Part shown: positions 36,991 through 49,147 of the stretch, one piece after another
Layout: each line of letters begins with the position of its first letter
Numbering within the stretch: the first letter of the stretch is position 1
Assembly: GCA_050575255.1 (NCBI GenBank)
Contig: JBNZDD010013635.1
Location: 1,008,910-1,072,909 of the forward strand
Origin: Harriotta raleighana
Lineage: Eukaryota
Reading direction: 5' to 3'
Length of the DNA stretch: 64,000 nucleotides
The notes under the pieces: generated by a model
Told to the model about the DNA's origin: nothing
Databases searched by the model: none
Seen by the model: the letters and a program-made list of their open reading frames with translations, nothing else
Translations under genes and position numbers: made by a program

Positions 36991-38243
36991 TACCTGTTTC
37001 TGTAACCTGAACAACAGCTGATATTAATGAGTTCATGTGCAATTCTTTTCGTGAAAATTTCTCCAAAATGTACAACTAAGAAAGATTTTCAAGAACCAAG
37101 AGTTGGGCATTGCTCAAGAGTGTTCTTCAATGATAGCAAGACAATACCTCATCCAACTACTACTACTGTTTAAAATATTAATTTTACAGTTCAATTCCAT
37201 ATTAAAGTAGGTAACTTAGGTCACAGTGTAAGAATCAATATTATGTATTTGCCCTATGTTTTAATTAAAGACATTGCATTTTTTTTTAAAAAAATTCCAC
37301 TGCTTCTGCCTCCAGTCCTTTTCTATGATGGAGATAATCAGATATACAGTACTTTACTTTCAAATGCAAAAGGAAAGATCCAACCGCACAGAAAACCAGG
37401 TAGCTTGTATCGGTTGAATTTCTCCCCCATTTAGTGCTCAGTTTCTAGACTGCAGATATATGTGTTGCTCATTTATCCTCTGGTACTGATTTACTTAATA
37501 TATGCAAGTTGACAGAAGGTGTCCTTTTGCCAATTTATTTGCTAATAAATGCTGCATAGAGTGAAGGTCAAATTATGTTAATATTGTTAGCGCTCCTTTA
37601 AATCAAGTGTTTCATATGCTGTAATCAAAATGCTTTTCAAAGGTCATACATTGATTAAAGTACTTAAAATACACCAGGGATTGAATCATGGAAAAAAAAA
37701 TAATGAAGTCTTATAACTGTGGCTCACAGAAGATTAATACTTGGGCAAACAAATTATTGGGTATTGGTGGCTATGTTCCAGTGTAAAGAATTAATCCCAC
37801 TTCAGATGTGAATTGGATACGAAGTGTTTAGATTTGGAAAATGCTGCCTTTGCTTAGTCCATCAGATTGCATCCTAATTATGGTCCTAATTCCTCACTGT
37901 TTATGCACAATTAGCCTTTCAGTGGGTTTACAGAGCAGCGATATTACTGAAGTATTTAAAGATATCAGGAGGCTATATTGCCCTGTCTTCCCACCCAAGC
38001 AGACTTGAATTGATTAGGGAAAGGGATAGGAGATGGCGGTTGGGGAACAATGGGAGATGGAAAGTTGCATTATTTCTCTTAAAATTCGTCAATTTATTTG
38101 GGGGTAAAAAAGGCTGAAACCAAAAGTACATGACCTAACCTAGGCTGAAAAAAGCATGAGCAAGAGAGACTGTGCTAAATAAAGAATTGATTCCTGTTCC
38201 TGTTTCTTAGTTCTAATCCATGTTTCCCCTCTTGTGTTTCAAG

Positions 38244-38399
38244 CATGTCGACCTGGCTTCTACAAGGCCTCTTCTATGGATGCGTACTGCATGAAGTGCC
38301 CACCGCACAGTTACTCACATCAGGAGAGTTCATCTCAGTGTTCGTGTGAAAGAGGCTTCTACAGAGCTGAGACAGACCCCAGGGCAATGCCATGTACAA
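38244..38399 (+). CDS. ek1: EphA receptor (ek1/EphA3-like) exon, presumed exon 4: Cys-rich/EGF-like region
   Basis: Pyrimidine tract plus AAG acceptor (AG 38242-38243) and donor GTAAGT at 38400; 156 nt, phase 1-1. Encodes (A)CRPGFYKASSMDAYCMKCPPHSYSHQESSSQCSCERGFYRAETDPRAMPCT, the typical Eph CxxGxYK...CxxCPxHS...CxCxxGFYRA motif. The paralog name comes from recalled similarity to zebrafish Ek1 and is less certain than the EphA call. Confidence 0.95.
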
Positions 38400-39081
38400 G
38401 TAAGTCTGCAGATTCTTACGAATTGTGTTGGAATATAAAAACATGAAAGAATTCACAGTGAGACGCACATGCTTCTAAGGCATATCAAAGGCTCATAACT
38501 AACGATGGCACTTGGTCGAGACATCATAGAGTGATGAGCACCTATGAAAGTGTATCATTAGGAGTTTATAATGGATATTTTTCCCCCATGATAAGCACAT
38601 GTGTCAAAGATCAGTGATTTTATTGACCATTAGAAAATCTTGTGGTTGTTTTGGTGCTAAATTTAATTTGGGCTCAGGTGGATCATTTTACTTGTGGAAG
38701 AGTTTAAGCAACCCTGAATGTGAAGAATATCTTGAATATGTTTCATACTGTCCAGTCAGGCTTACAGACGTAGTGCAACCAGTGTATCTATTCAGAAATG
38801 CTGCACTATTGACTTTATGCTGCAACATTGCTTTCTTTGTCACCAACTCAACCCCATGTGTCTGGAAAATAAATATTATGGCATAGTTTACGTATTATTG
38901 ATCGCTTGTCAACTAGCTTTGTATCAAGATTTAACATTGGGTTACTGCCCAGTTTTGAAATTTCTCGATCTCTGGTGCACAATCAGAAAACCTGTCAACA
39001 AATACAACAAATAGGCAGAATTGATCAGTTCCAAAGGATAGTTTTCAGCACCTTGGGTCTGAAACAATGACTGTCCAGTGT

Positions 39082-39138
39082 CTTGGGACATCCTCCTGAC
39101 ATGAAAGGCTCTATACAGTGTGATTTTGCTGTTGTTTT
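39082..39138 (+). mobile_element. Short L2-tail fragment
   Basis: CTTGGGACATCCTCCTGACATGAAAGGCTCTATACAGTGTGATTTTGCTGTTG. Confidence 0.75.
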
Positions 39139-41142
39139 TTGAAATCAAATAAACATAAGTTTATAAATCTGTTGTTATATATATTAGCTGCTGGTTTAAA
39201 ACAAGAAAAATCTACACAAAAGGGAACCATTCATGCCTGTGCCACTTTTTGTTGTATTTCCTACTTCGATGAGCAGTCATCAAACCACCCGCAGGCACTG
39301 CATCAACCAACTCACTGCATTAACTGTTTATAAATATAGCCAGCTTTCCATGGTGTGCCAATAATGGGATTCACCATTGTAAGCGCACAATAAAAGACTT
39401 AGCAAATGGTATTACACTACTTTCCCCATTTGGTTTTGCAACCTTTCACATTCCCGTATCTCTCTGACTGTACAACCTCCCCTAGTTTCTTCAGCAGAGT
39501 TTCTCTTCAACCACAGTGGGTGGATTATTGAGTTTCTTTTGTAAGTGCTTGAGAAAGACATCTTCCTTCAGCTGAGCAGTCACGCTGAATCCATCTGTAC
39601 AGACAGGTTTTATTTCCATTAAGTAGCTCAATACAAACGCAGGACAGATTACAACTTTTTTTTAGAAGAAAGCTCAGCTAATCTAACAGCGGTGAACTGA
39701 AAATAACAAGTTGAAAGCTGAATGAGATGTAATGCAAAGTGTTCAATCCAAATGTATCTTTTAAGTAATAGGGACTACAAAATGGTGATGAAGGTAATTG
39801 AATCCATTTAATGTAATCCTTATTCTTGGTTATGAAATGTCTGAAGAATTGTTTTGGAGTCATAGGATCCAAGGAAAAGGCAACGTTTAGATGACACAAC
39901 AAAATTATAATGATTCAGTCATCAACTTATGTGCACACTCCACATTTTATCTCAATTCAATTGTAGAGCTGTGTTCTGAAGCTTTATTCCACATTATTAT
40001 TATTTATGTTTTTATATATAAATCCCTGCATTTGATATATATCACCTTATCATGTCTTCGATATATTGATATTGTATATTATACATATAATATATTGCAT
40101 GTTGGTGTACATTTTGAGCCCGATAAATTCAAGGAAACAAGATTCTATTAAAGCTTCTGTCTGTGGTTATTTCCTGAGAGCTGCTAATCCCTTTGCTATC
40201 TTAGATGGAGTGGGGATGAGCACCTCTGTTTATCAGCTCAATGGTGATTCAAAATCTGAACAGACTTTTTGATTTGGATTACAAACACAAGACAAAAAGA
40301 CAGGGCTAAGAGGTCACCAAATTGCAAATGAGATTAGAATAATTTTTCTTTTTCATTCGGTGTTGTGTCAATTAAGTTGTTCAAAAGAAGTTGGACAACG
40401 ATCTGCTTGGGAATAGGATAGTAAAGAATAGGGATAGTTACTGCAAAGTGCTTGGTTGATCTGTGGAGAGCGGTAGTTCAGGATTGTGGTGATTTGGGAG
40501 ATGTACAGATCCATATGTTCTGAAGTTTTGCTCAATTCCCTCGAAAATGGGTTTTCTCGCAGGATGATTGATTCCATCATGAATGATTACACACTTTGCA
40601 TGGTTTCCGAGAAAAGTGGAGGTGCTTCAACTTTTCCTTGCCCATTCTTTTTCTCCTGACGTGAAAGGATCTGTATCAATGTAATTTTGTTGTTGTTGTT
40701 TGCTATTCTGCCCAGTTCTGGGGGCTCCTGTCATTCAGGTTAGGCCTGAAATGTGTGCTGAATAAAACAAAATGCATCCAGCATGATGGGGAAAAGGGAA
40801 AATAATCTAGCCTCACCATCTAATACTTCTCCAGAGATATAGTGCTGGATGTAGAGCAATGATACTCTGGTAATTGGCTTCTCCTCATGGCCAAAGGATT
40901 TGTGCAATAGTGAATAGAATGAGCTGAAAATCTTTCATTGAAGAAAGAATGGTCAAACAAAACAGAACTGTTTGAATTATTTCTTACCACTTTCTCCATT
41001 TCAAGTTGGCTAAGTGATGTGAGTGATTCTTTTTTTTTCGGTTATGTAACAGATGACACATAGATTTATTTCAGAGTAAGAAATTTTTAAATAAATAATG
41101 TTGCCGCTTTCGGAGATAATAGATAAATGATCATAAACTAAT

Positions 41143-41432
41143 AATCAATGAATCAATCAATCAAAATTACATTTATATAGCGCCTTTCACATCGGGAGGA
41201 TGTCCCAAGCTGCTGCACAGTCAAGTGGAGCTCAGAACAGGGGGAGAGGGGTCGGGGAAAGGAAAATTAACTGTATATTTGTGGGCGAAAACGCGGCAGC
41301 CAAAATGCGCACAGCAGTGTCCCACAAACAGTCATGGAAGTGGGGTTAGGAGAGAAAGGGGGGAAAGATGACACGGCGAGGGGTCGGGGAAGGAGGAAGG
41401 AGAACAGGAAAAACCGACTGAATAATGCCCCT
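41143..41432 (-). mobile_element. SINE with Deu-like core, pyrimidine-rich spacers and L2-type tail
   Basis: (TGAT)n tail; CGCCTTTCACATCGGGAGGATGTCCCAAG; GTGGGCGAAAACGCGGCAGCCAAAATGCGCACAGCAGTGTCCCACAAACAG. Same subfamily as 18764-18928. Confidence 0.85.
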
Positions 41433-43894
41433 ATCTTTGAAAAAGAACCATGATGGAAGAATCTGATCAAGTTCATTCTGTGTCTGAAAGTTTTGGGGTT
41501 GTGACTGGGGAGAAAAAATCATATTTCAAAACGTGTTTAATATTCCATGAGGTTTAGTGGAAGGAAGCAAGCTCACTGACATTGACTTGACATTATCTGA
41601 CACACATTATCTGAGTCCTTTATGACCATGTCCCTTAACTTCCAAAGCATTGTTTCAAATAAAGTGCCACATGTTACATGTAACTGTATCCAGTGTCATC
41701 CCTCCATGTTCTATCTATCTCAATTGCGGATCAATGTTCTGCTTTTATAAGTGATAAGTAGTGATTTGATCTGGACACTTGATGTTCCAGTCATGTTACA
41801 GCTAGTAACACACATCACCAACAGTTAAAATCATTACTTTCATTTTGTTTTCGAGTTCAGTTTCTAAAACAAATCCTTCCTTGTGTTTTAATGTTTTACT
41901 CACATCTTTGGAAAGTTGAATCAACCTGAAGTAATAATTTTCCCTGAAGCGCATCCGAGATAATGTGTTTTGTTTTTAAAAAATCTGAATACACTGCTGC
42001 AGAATGTTGTTTCAATTAATTCATTGGCAATTAAGTAGCAGTGCATCTGTATTACACTATTCATTTGTGGGATTGGCTGTTTAGGACGCCTTTCAGTGAG
42101 ATTCTGTCAGAACGCTTTGCTTTTTTGGAGGAACGAACATCCATCAATGCTATTAAGAATGCTGAAGCTGCTGAATTGTGCCACAAGACTAATTCAGTCT
42201 ATTGATGGCTGAATTAGTCAGGGAGGCTGCATCTTTGTAGCTGTAAGGAACAGATTAATCAAGATGAGTAACATAATCTGAACTCAATGAGCCAGAGGAA
42301 ATCACAGTTCCCAAGGAATTTAGAGTTTTTAACTTTTTTTTGTTCTTTTTCAAAAGAAACATAGGAATAGAGAAAAGAATATAAGAATATAGAATAAAGA
42401 AAAGTGGGTGTACAGTTTCTCCCAAATACTCCAGCCTTCAGGAACAGTTTTAGAAATTTGATTTTTAAAAATAACTAAAATGTAATATTTTACAAGTCAA
42501 TCCACTTGTAGGCTTTCCTGATCTTTGTCTTTTTATCCCTTTCAACAAATAGGCATGTTTCCTTCCTTTCAAGAATTAGACAAGTTGCTCTCCTTTCAAC
42601 AAATCCTTTCTCATCGGAAACAAACATTTTCTTTGGGTTCAAAATGTTCAGACATTCATTACAAATGAAGGAAATCGAGAAGAGAAAAAAATCCTTTTAA
42701 AATCCCTAACTCATCCTATTTTTTCTTTCAAAAACCGCACAGCTTCATCATTCTTTCAACAAGCGCATGGCTTCGTATCTATGTGACGAATGTTTATCTT
42801 TGAAATGATGCCCAAGGTGTGTACTAAATATCTGTCCTTCCTCTACATATAATGTGAAATTCTTTCAGAATGCAATTCTCACCATGAGTTTTGGCTTTAC
42901 ATTCTAATCTGAAAATACAACAGTGAAAGTCCAGACTGTAGATCACTTATCTATATATATAGCTGCCACCAAAGGAATGAACCTTAGCCTTTGACATCTG
43001 GATTACAGTAGTCAATATATTGAATCCATTATTGCAGAGCAACAAATCCTTGCCTTTATTACTAAGGTTTAAAAGGGTCTCTTATAAGAGGGTACTTGTA
43101 GGATTTAAGTATGCTTGCTTGTAAATTAATGAACTACATCAGTTCTGTGAGGAAAAGGAATAGGGCAGAAGATTGAGGAGGAAACACACATGGCAGAACA
43201 GCAGAAAGTACCCCCCCCTCCCCTCCATATACACGCGCGCGCGCACACACACACACTGCACTCAGAGAGGTGAGAAGAGAGATCCATTGATGTAGGGAGA
43301 CCTTTTAGCACTGAGTAAGCAGGCAGACAGGGACCCTTAATGTGAAAAATGCAAGTACTGTACAACAATTCAGAGCTTACCCACAGTCTGAATGTGCCAG
43401 ATATGTAAAATTGCATAAAGAAGAAATCACTCGTGCAATAAAACAAATTAAAATAGCTACGGAACATGACTAGGCTGTTGTATTAGTGTTTCCCCAAAAA
43501 TCAAATGAGACTCTGTCTTATATTTCAAAAATGTGCTTCATTTTAATCTCTATATAGGTTTCTCTGTTGATCCGATATTTCAGCTACTCAAAATAAAATG
43601 GTCTGAGCAGAGCAGCACATCCTTGGTTGGAACAGTGCGTAGCACACCTGAAACGCCAATGTCTATACATGACAGGGTAGATACATGCCAATACGAGCCT
43701 TTAACTGACCATCTCACTGCTTAAACAGCAGCAGTTGAAACCAGAGAACTTGGCATGAGTGAACTGGCCTGATTTTCAGCTGCTCCTCTTAATCAGTATT
43801 TATGTACTTGAAGGTAAAGAAAAACGCCATTAAGCATAACCACTGGATTAACTGTGGGATGTTTAAAAATAAAATAGCTTAGTCTGGGTACCAC

Positions 43895-43957
43895 AGCAAT
43901 ACAAAAATTACATTTGTATAGTACCTTCCACATCGGGAGGACGTCCCAATGTGCAAG
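43895..43957 (-). mobile_element. Short L2-tail fragment
   Basis: AAAATTACATTTGTATAGTACCTTCCACATCGGGAGGACGTCCCAA. Confidence 0.75.
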
Positions 43958-44102
43958 GTACAGGCTATACCTCAGTACCACACATTCTTGGATAGCGAGT
44001 CTGTGTCAAGAGAAGCATAAGCAGCAACAGAACTGGCAGATTGAGCTTTCCTGCCAAAGGTATCCAAATGAATTCAAGTGTCCTGAATTAATTACACACA
44101 TT

Positions 44103-44199
44103 ATAATAATAATAATAATCTTTGCATTTGATATAGCGCTTTTCACGTCTTCTAGATGTCTCAAAGCGCTTCACAGAATATACTGTAAAGTGAATTGAC
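44103..44199 (-). mobile_element. SINE 3' fragment (main family, young)
   Basis: (AAT)5 CTTTGCATTTGATATAGCGCTTTTCACGTCTTCTAGATGTCTCAAAGCGCTTCACAGAATATACTGTAAAGTGAATTGAC. Confidence 0.85.
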
Positions 44200-45125
44200 C
44201 CCACTGAAGACTAATCTGCTAACTCAAGGAGGCAAAACAAAATAACATCCGCTTGTTAATGGTCAGTCTTTATAATTCCTAGAAACGCACATCGTATATC
44301 AGTGTGTTCATGTCACAATCAGCCTGGCTCTAACCATCTCAGTCACCATCCCAGAGTGGCGAGGGCAAGCTTTGAACTCTACAGCACTAAGCTGTCCCCC
44401 TTCTACACAGATAGGGAATGTAGAAGAAAGCAGATGCTTTTATAAAACGATGACTGTCAAGTTCGAGGAGTTGGAGTCACGACTTTTTATCTCAGATTTC
44501 AATTTTGACGTTTGCGTTCTGGATTCTGAATAAAAATAATCCTTGCATTTGATACGCTTCTCAAAGACGACTGAAAGCGCTTCATGGAATATATTGCAAA
44601 GTGAATTGAATGGTAGAAGGATGAATGAATGAATGAATGAATACCTGTCGACTTTTTCCACTTCATCCTGGCTTCCTCAATCTACTAGAATTACCAAGGC
44701 ATGAGGGAAAACCTAGGAGAATGGGGGCATCTGCCAGAGAATTTGGAGACACATCATGAGCCCCAGTAGTACCTGCAGCTTGAGGAGAAAACAAGTTTGT
44801 GGCCTCTGAGAGACTCATTCAGTTAAAATTTATCTTCTCCAAGATAAATCTTTTGCTGTTGCTCTGCCCGTTCTTTCACTAACAAAGCTACACAAGTCAC
44901 ACAGCAGAGGTTACAGCAGATATCTGGAAAAGGATCCACAAGCTTTGGTGACTCCAGCCAACTACAGGCACAAACTCGTTTGCTTAACATGTTCACTGGA
45001 GCCGGCCCCTCAAAATCATCGCTGTTCACTTAGTTATGTTAAACCCTTTTTTAAATGCACTTTATTTTGTTGGGCTTTCTTGGCGTTTCAATTAACAAAC
45101 TCATTCTTTGTTAACACAATATTGT

Positions 45126-45222
45126 TAAATATACAGTCGATTCATTTTTGTATATTCTGTGAAGTGCTTTGAGACACCTCACAGATGCTATATCAAATGC
45201 AAGGGTTATTATTTTTATTAAT
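45126..45222 (+). mobile_element. SINE 3' fragment (main family)
   Basis: AAATATACAGTCGATTCA...TATTCTGTGAAGTGCTTTGAGAC...GCTATATCAAATGCAAGG. Confidence 0.75.
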
Positions 45223-45652
45223 AATGTGATCATAATGTTACATTTGGTGTCCTTACATTAGATGTATCTAAACTAAGAGCAATGTTGTTTTAAATCACAA
45301 AAACTACCCGAATGTAGAGCTCATCTCGAAAGGATCACAGACCTTGAATGTATCAAAGGCCAGAAAACTATCTCAGTGAGTTTGATTTCATATAATCTGC
45401 TCCATGCATATCCTCCCTATTCCCCGTTGTTTTTCTGATTTGTTATTTTAAAGCTTAAAGGGGATAATTTATTGTGCTCAGAGGAAGACAGTCTCCAGAA
45501 TTTGATGATGTAACAGCAAGGGATGTTAACGGGAAAAGGCACAAATGCATATCTGATCAATCTACATTCCAGCTTTCTCCATGTATCTACTGTTACAGGT
45601 TGTTTTTAATGCAGGATTAATTGAAACACCACAGTTTGGAAACTCAGAATAG

Positions 45653-46005
45653 ACAGATTTAAAATAGTTGCAAAAAGACGCAGGGGAGAGGTAAGGAGAA
45701 ATTTTTTCACTCAACGAGTTGTTCGAATCTGGAATGCATTGCCTGAAAAGGTGGTGGAGGCCGATTCGATAACAGCTTTGAACAACAACAACAACAACAA
45801 AATTACACTTGCATAGCGCCTTTCACGTCAGGAGGATGTACCAAAGCGCTGAAAGAGAAATAGACATTTATTTGGGGAGGAAGGGTTTGCGAGGTTATGG
45901 GGAGAGAGCTGGGGAGTGGGATTAAATTGCTCTTTTTAAAGAGCCAGCACAGACTCGATGGGCCGAATGGCCTCCTTTTGTGCCGAAAGATTCTATGATT
46001 CTATG
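45653..46005 (+). mobile_element. CR1 LINE 3' fragment (young family) interrupted by an antisense L2-tail insert
   Basis: RFKIVAKRRRGEVRRNFFTQRVVRIWNALPEKVVEADSI..., 3' UTR and GATTCTATGATTCTATG tail; insert at about 45783-45850. Confidence 0.92.
45783..45850 (-). mobile_element. L2-tail retroposon nested in CR1
   Basis: (AAC)n AAAATTACACTTGCATAGCGCCTTTCACGTCAGGAGGATGTACCAAAGCGCT, with TGAA on both sides. Confidence 0.85.
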
Positions 46006-47275
46006 TTCAAAATTGGATTAGTAGGATTGTTGTGGCTATTTTTCAACTATTACCTTCCTTTTTCACTGGTATAACCACGACTGGAATCTGTTTATGGCGA
46101 CTTGTTTCATTGATTATCTTGAAGCAGTCTTTCTATCAGTATAATCGTATTACTGTGGAAAGCACACCTGAGCATCTGATGTAGCACTCAAAGGAAACCA
46201 AACTCTCTGGAGAAGAAAGTTCTTATTGTTTTATATGTAGTGGTGACATAATTTAGAGGATTTTAGACCTATTAGTGGACATCAACTAGCAAAGTGCGTG
46301 GAAAAGAGTTTAACAAGTATCCTGGGTCATAATAAATGCCTGTAGAAAATTATATTGCAACATGCAGTAGTGGCACCGATTGATTTTGTTTCAAAGAGAG
46401 GTTTAAAGGAGAATTTAATGGCAGGAATTTTTTTAAACACAAGATTATATACACATTGTAAAAATGTGCCTTCTAAGGTGTGTTTATTAGGGAAGTGATC
46501 CTGGTAGTGATGGGAGAATCACAAATGCTATGACTGGATTGTGTATCAGTCCTACTGACGTTGCTGTTTGAAAAACACTGAAGGAAAAGGGTGTGGCTCT
46601 ATAAATAATGAAATCTGTATTATTTATAGTGTTGGCTCTGTGTCTTGAGAACACCAGATTCCTCTCGATTATATAGTGAACTAAAGAACTCTCGGGTATT
46701 GTTATTTCCACATTCACTCCCTCTCCAAATGAATATTAAAATGTTTACAAGCGGAACCTGTGATAACTGGGTATGTGCTGTGTGAAAAGCATGCCTTGCA
46801 TTATTGATTCTAAAATAATAGATTTTGTTAGCTACTGCAACAACAAAATTACACGCATAACACCTTTCACATCAGGAGGATGTCCTATTTATGTGGTTTA
46901 GTTATTTTTACTGGTGATGCACCAAGAAGACAAAACCTGACTGCCAGCAACCACAAAGAAGAGGTACATTTCCACCTAAAAAAAAAAAATTACACGATAC
47001 CAATCATTCTAGGTTTATTTGGGGCAAAAAGATCATTTCTCAGACTCGAGACAGCAGCAGTCCCCTATTTGATGTCAAATTCACACTGTATTCAACTTAA
47101 TCATTTTAAAATATTGATTATGTGCGATTCCCTGTGTGTACGTGTGATTCTGGGAACATTTTCTCTCTCGTTTTTCTTGGGGGTTCAAAAAAAAAGAGTT
47201 CACCCCTGAAGCTGCTAAAATACAGGTTTAGTAATTGTCATAATGGGCTCCTCTACCTGTAGCCAACTTTGATTT

Positions 47276-47334
47276 CAGCTTGGCCTATACAGCTTGGTCT
47301 ATACAGCTTGGCCTATACAGCTTGGTCTATACAG
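47276..47334. repeat. 14-bp tandem repeat x4 (28-bp higher-order unit x2)
   Basis: CAGCTTGGCCTATA and CAGCTTGGTCTATA alternate. Confidence 0.95.
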
Positions 47335-48207
47335 GACGAACAAAATGTGGTGATAACAACAACAACAACAAAATTACATTTGTACAGAGGACTATCCCAT
47401 TATCTAAAAAGAATCATTATCATTTATTTAAGACTTATTAGACATGGTAATGGCATCACTACCTTTTGGTCATCGTGTATAGCCTAGTTTCCGGCTTCAA
47501 AGGCAGAATTTCCTAACAGCTGCAGTGCATCTTTTATCCCCAAGCAAGTGAAGTGTTAAATGATGCACACATCTACCTATTTTAACCACCGAAAATACTC
47601 TGTAGTTCTCCAATGATTCAACAGGCTCTGTTGCGATTCCCTTGTGTTGCTCAGTTATGCTTCTGCAACCTGAGGAAAGTACCTCTGGGCCCCACATGAC
47701 TCTCAGACAAATAATATTATAATCACTGTTACATTTGATACAGGTTGGGAGATCGTTTTAAAGCACTTCCTAGGATTGACTGTAAAGTGCAGTAACTGTG
47801 TACTTTGTAGTGACGTTGCTGGTATTGCCAAAACCTGGAATAGTTGAGGTTGAGTGGCTTGAGTCGCAAAGCGAGGGAAGCGAACGATATACTCAATCTT
47901 ACCCAACTCAGACCAAACACCAGAGTAATCAATTCTGATTGAAGAAAGGATAGTGTAACTCTACTTCTTTTATCATTGTCCTTGTTTGTTTCAACACCGA
48001 GGCGGTCTGCGCAAAGCTGTATGTACTCACCCACCTGGTGGTTGTTTACAGGCTGGGACTGCCCTTGGGTATGGATCCCCATGAGCCGATTCTGATTAAA
48101 ACAATACCCGACCATTGCATCAACAAATAACAAGAGAGATGCAGTCGTGATAAACACATTTCTGGTTCCTTCTGAACCAATTTAACTCTTCAAGGCACAT
48201 GAAACCG

Positions 48208-48337
48208 ATAATAATTGTCCTTGCATTTGATACAGTGCTTTTCACGTCTTCTAGCCCAACTTTTTGCCCTGCCAAGAATCGAACCCTGATCGGTCGTTTG
48301 TAAGGCGAGTGCTCTAACCACTGAGCTACAGGACTCC
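48208..48337 (-). mobile_element. Short SINE: tRNA head fused directly to tail
   Basis: Minus strand GGAGTCCTGTAGCTCAGTGGTTAGAGCACTCGCCTTACAAACG...GGTTCGATTC...TTGGG joined to CTAGAAGACGTGAAAAGCACTGTATCAAATGCAAGG; no central core. Confidence 0.85.
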
Positions 48338-48636
48338 ACATAATATTTTCCCATAACATTTTATTTAGAGTTAATACCAGCTACACGGTATATACATCAA
48401 GCTTAGATGTATTCTACCATTCAATTTAATTAGACTTCTCATGTCCACAAGCAATTTCAATACTGACTGACAAGCATAAGAGACCTTCTTCGGATCAAAA
48501 CCACCAATTTATGAACACGGTTGTCACTCCACAGGTCAACTTGAGACAAGCTAACAATTATAAGCATTCCTAACTGAACTAAAATAATATTTTAAGCAAT
48601 GATACATTTTTGATCTCAACAGTGTGCTCGATTGTG

Positions 48637-48941
48637 GTGCTCCTGTAGCTCAGTGGTTAGAGCACTCGCCTTACAAGTGTGAGACCTGTGTTTGAATTCA
48701 AGCAGAGCAGGGTGAAACCTTGGGCAAGTTTCCTTACTCCACACGCCTAACAATAATCCGTCCCAAAAAAACACAATAATAAAAATTGGTCATTTCAATC
48801 CACAACTGTTTGTGGGCGATTGGCTTCTACGTTTTACCCACAAGTATACAGTCAATTCACTTTACAGTATATTTTGTGAAACGCTTTGAGACGTTGATAA
48901 GATGTGAAATATGCTATATTAAATGCAAGGATTATTATTAT
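48637..48941 (+). mobile_element. Full-length tRNA-derived SINE (main family)
   Basis: TCCTGTAGCTCAGTGGTTAGAGCACTCGCCTTACAAG head through AAATGCAAGGATTATTATTA tail; ends about 200 nt before the exon at 49148. Confidence 0.9.
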
Positions 48942-49147
48942 AACATACGATTTGTAATGTGGTCTATTGGTTGATGTCATTGTAGATAAATGATGAAAAG
49001 GTACTTTGAAAATTTAGCTTTTTTGTTTGAAAAATTCTATATGGTCAGTTAAAGGAAACTGCATGTATTTACTGTCTATGAATGAAATCCAACATCCCCT
49101 GGTATATTTATTCGGTCTATTTTCTTCCTCTCTGCTCCCCCACATAG

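Larger units (their letters stand above)
1..38243 (+). other. 3' part of a very long intron (presumed intron 3) of the EphA gene
   Basis: No Eph ligand-binding-domain exon seen upstream of 38244. Eph genes typically have a very large intron between exons 3 and 4. Confidence 0.75.

Noticed and set aside
43227-43256. Alternating purine-pyrimidine tract with (CG)n(CA)n, Z-DNA-prone
   Set aside because: An ordinary compound microsatellite with no other supporting context.
47276-47334. CRISPR-like array
   Set aside because: Contiguous tandem units with no spacers, in vertebrate intron context with no cas genes.
49027-49147. N-terminal extension of the 161-aa ORF
   Set aside because: Intronic polypyrimidine tract. 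Eph homology starts at PPSAP after the TAG acceptor.
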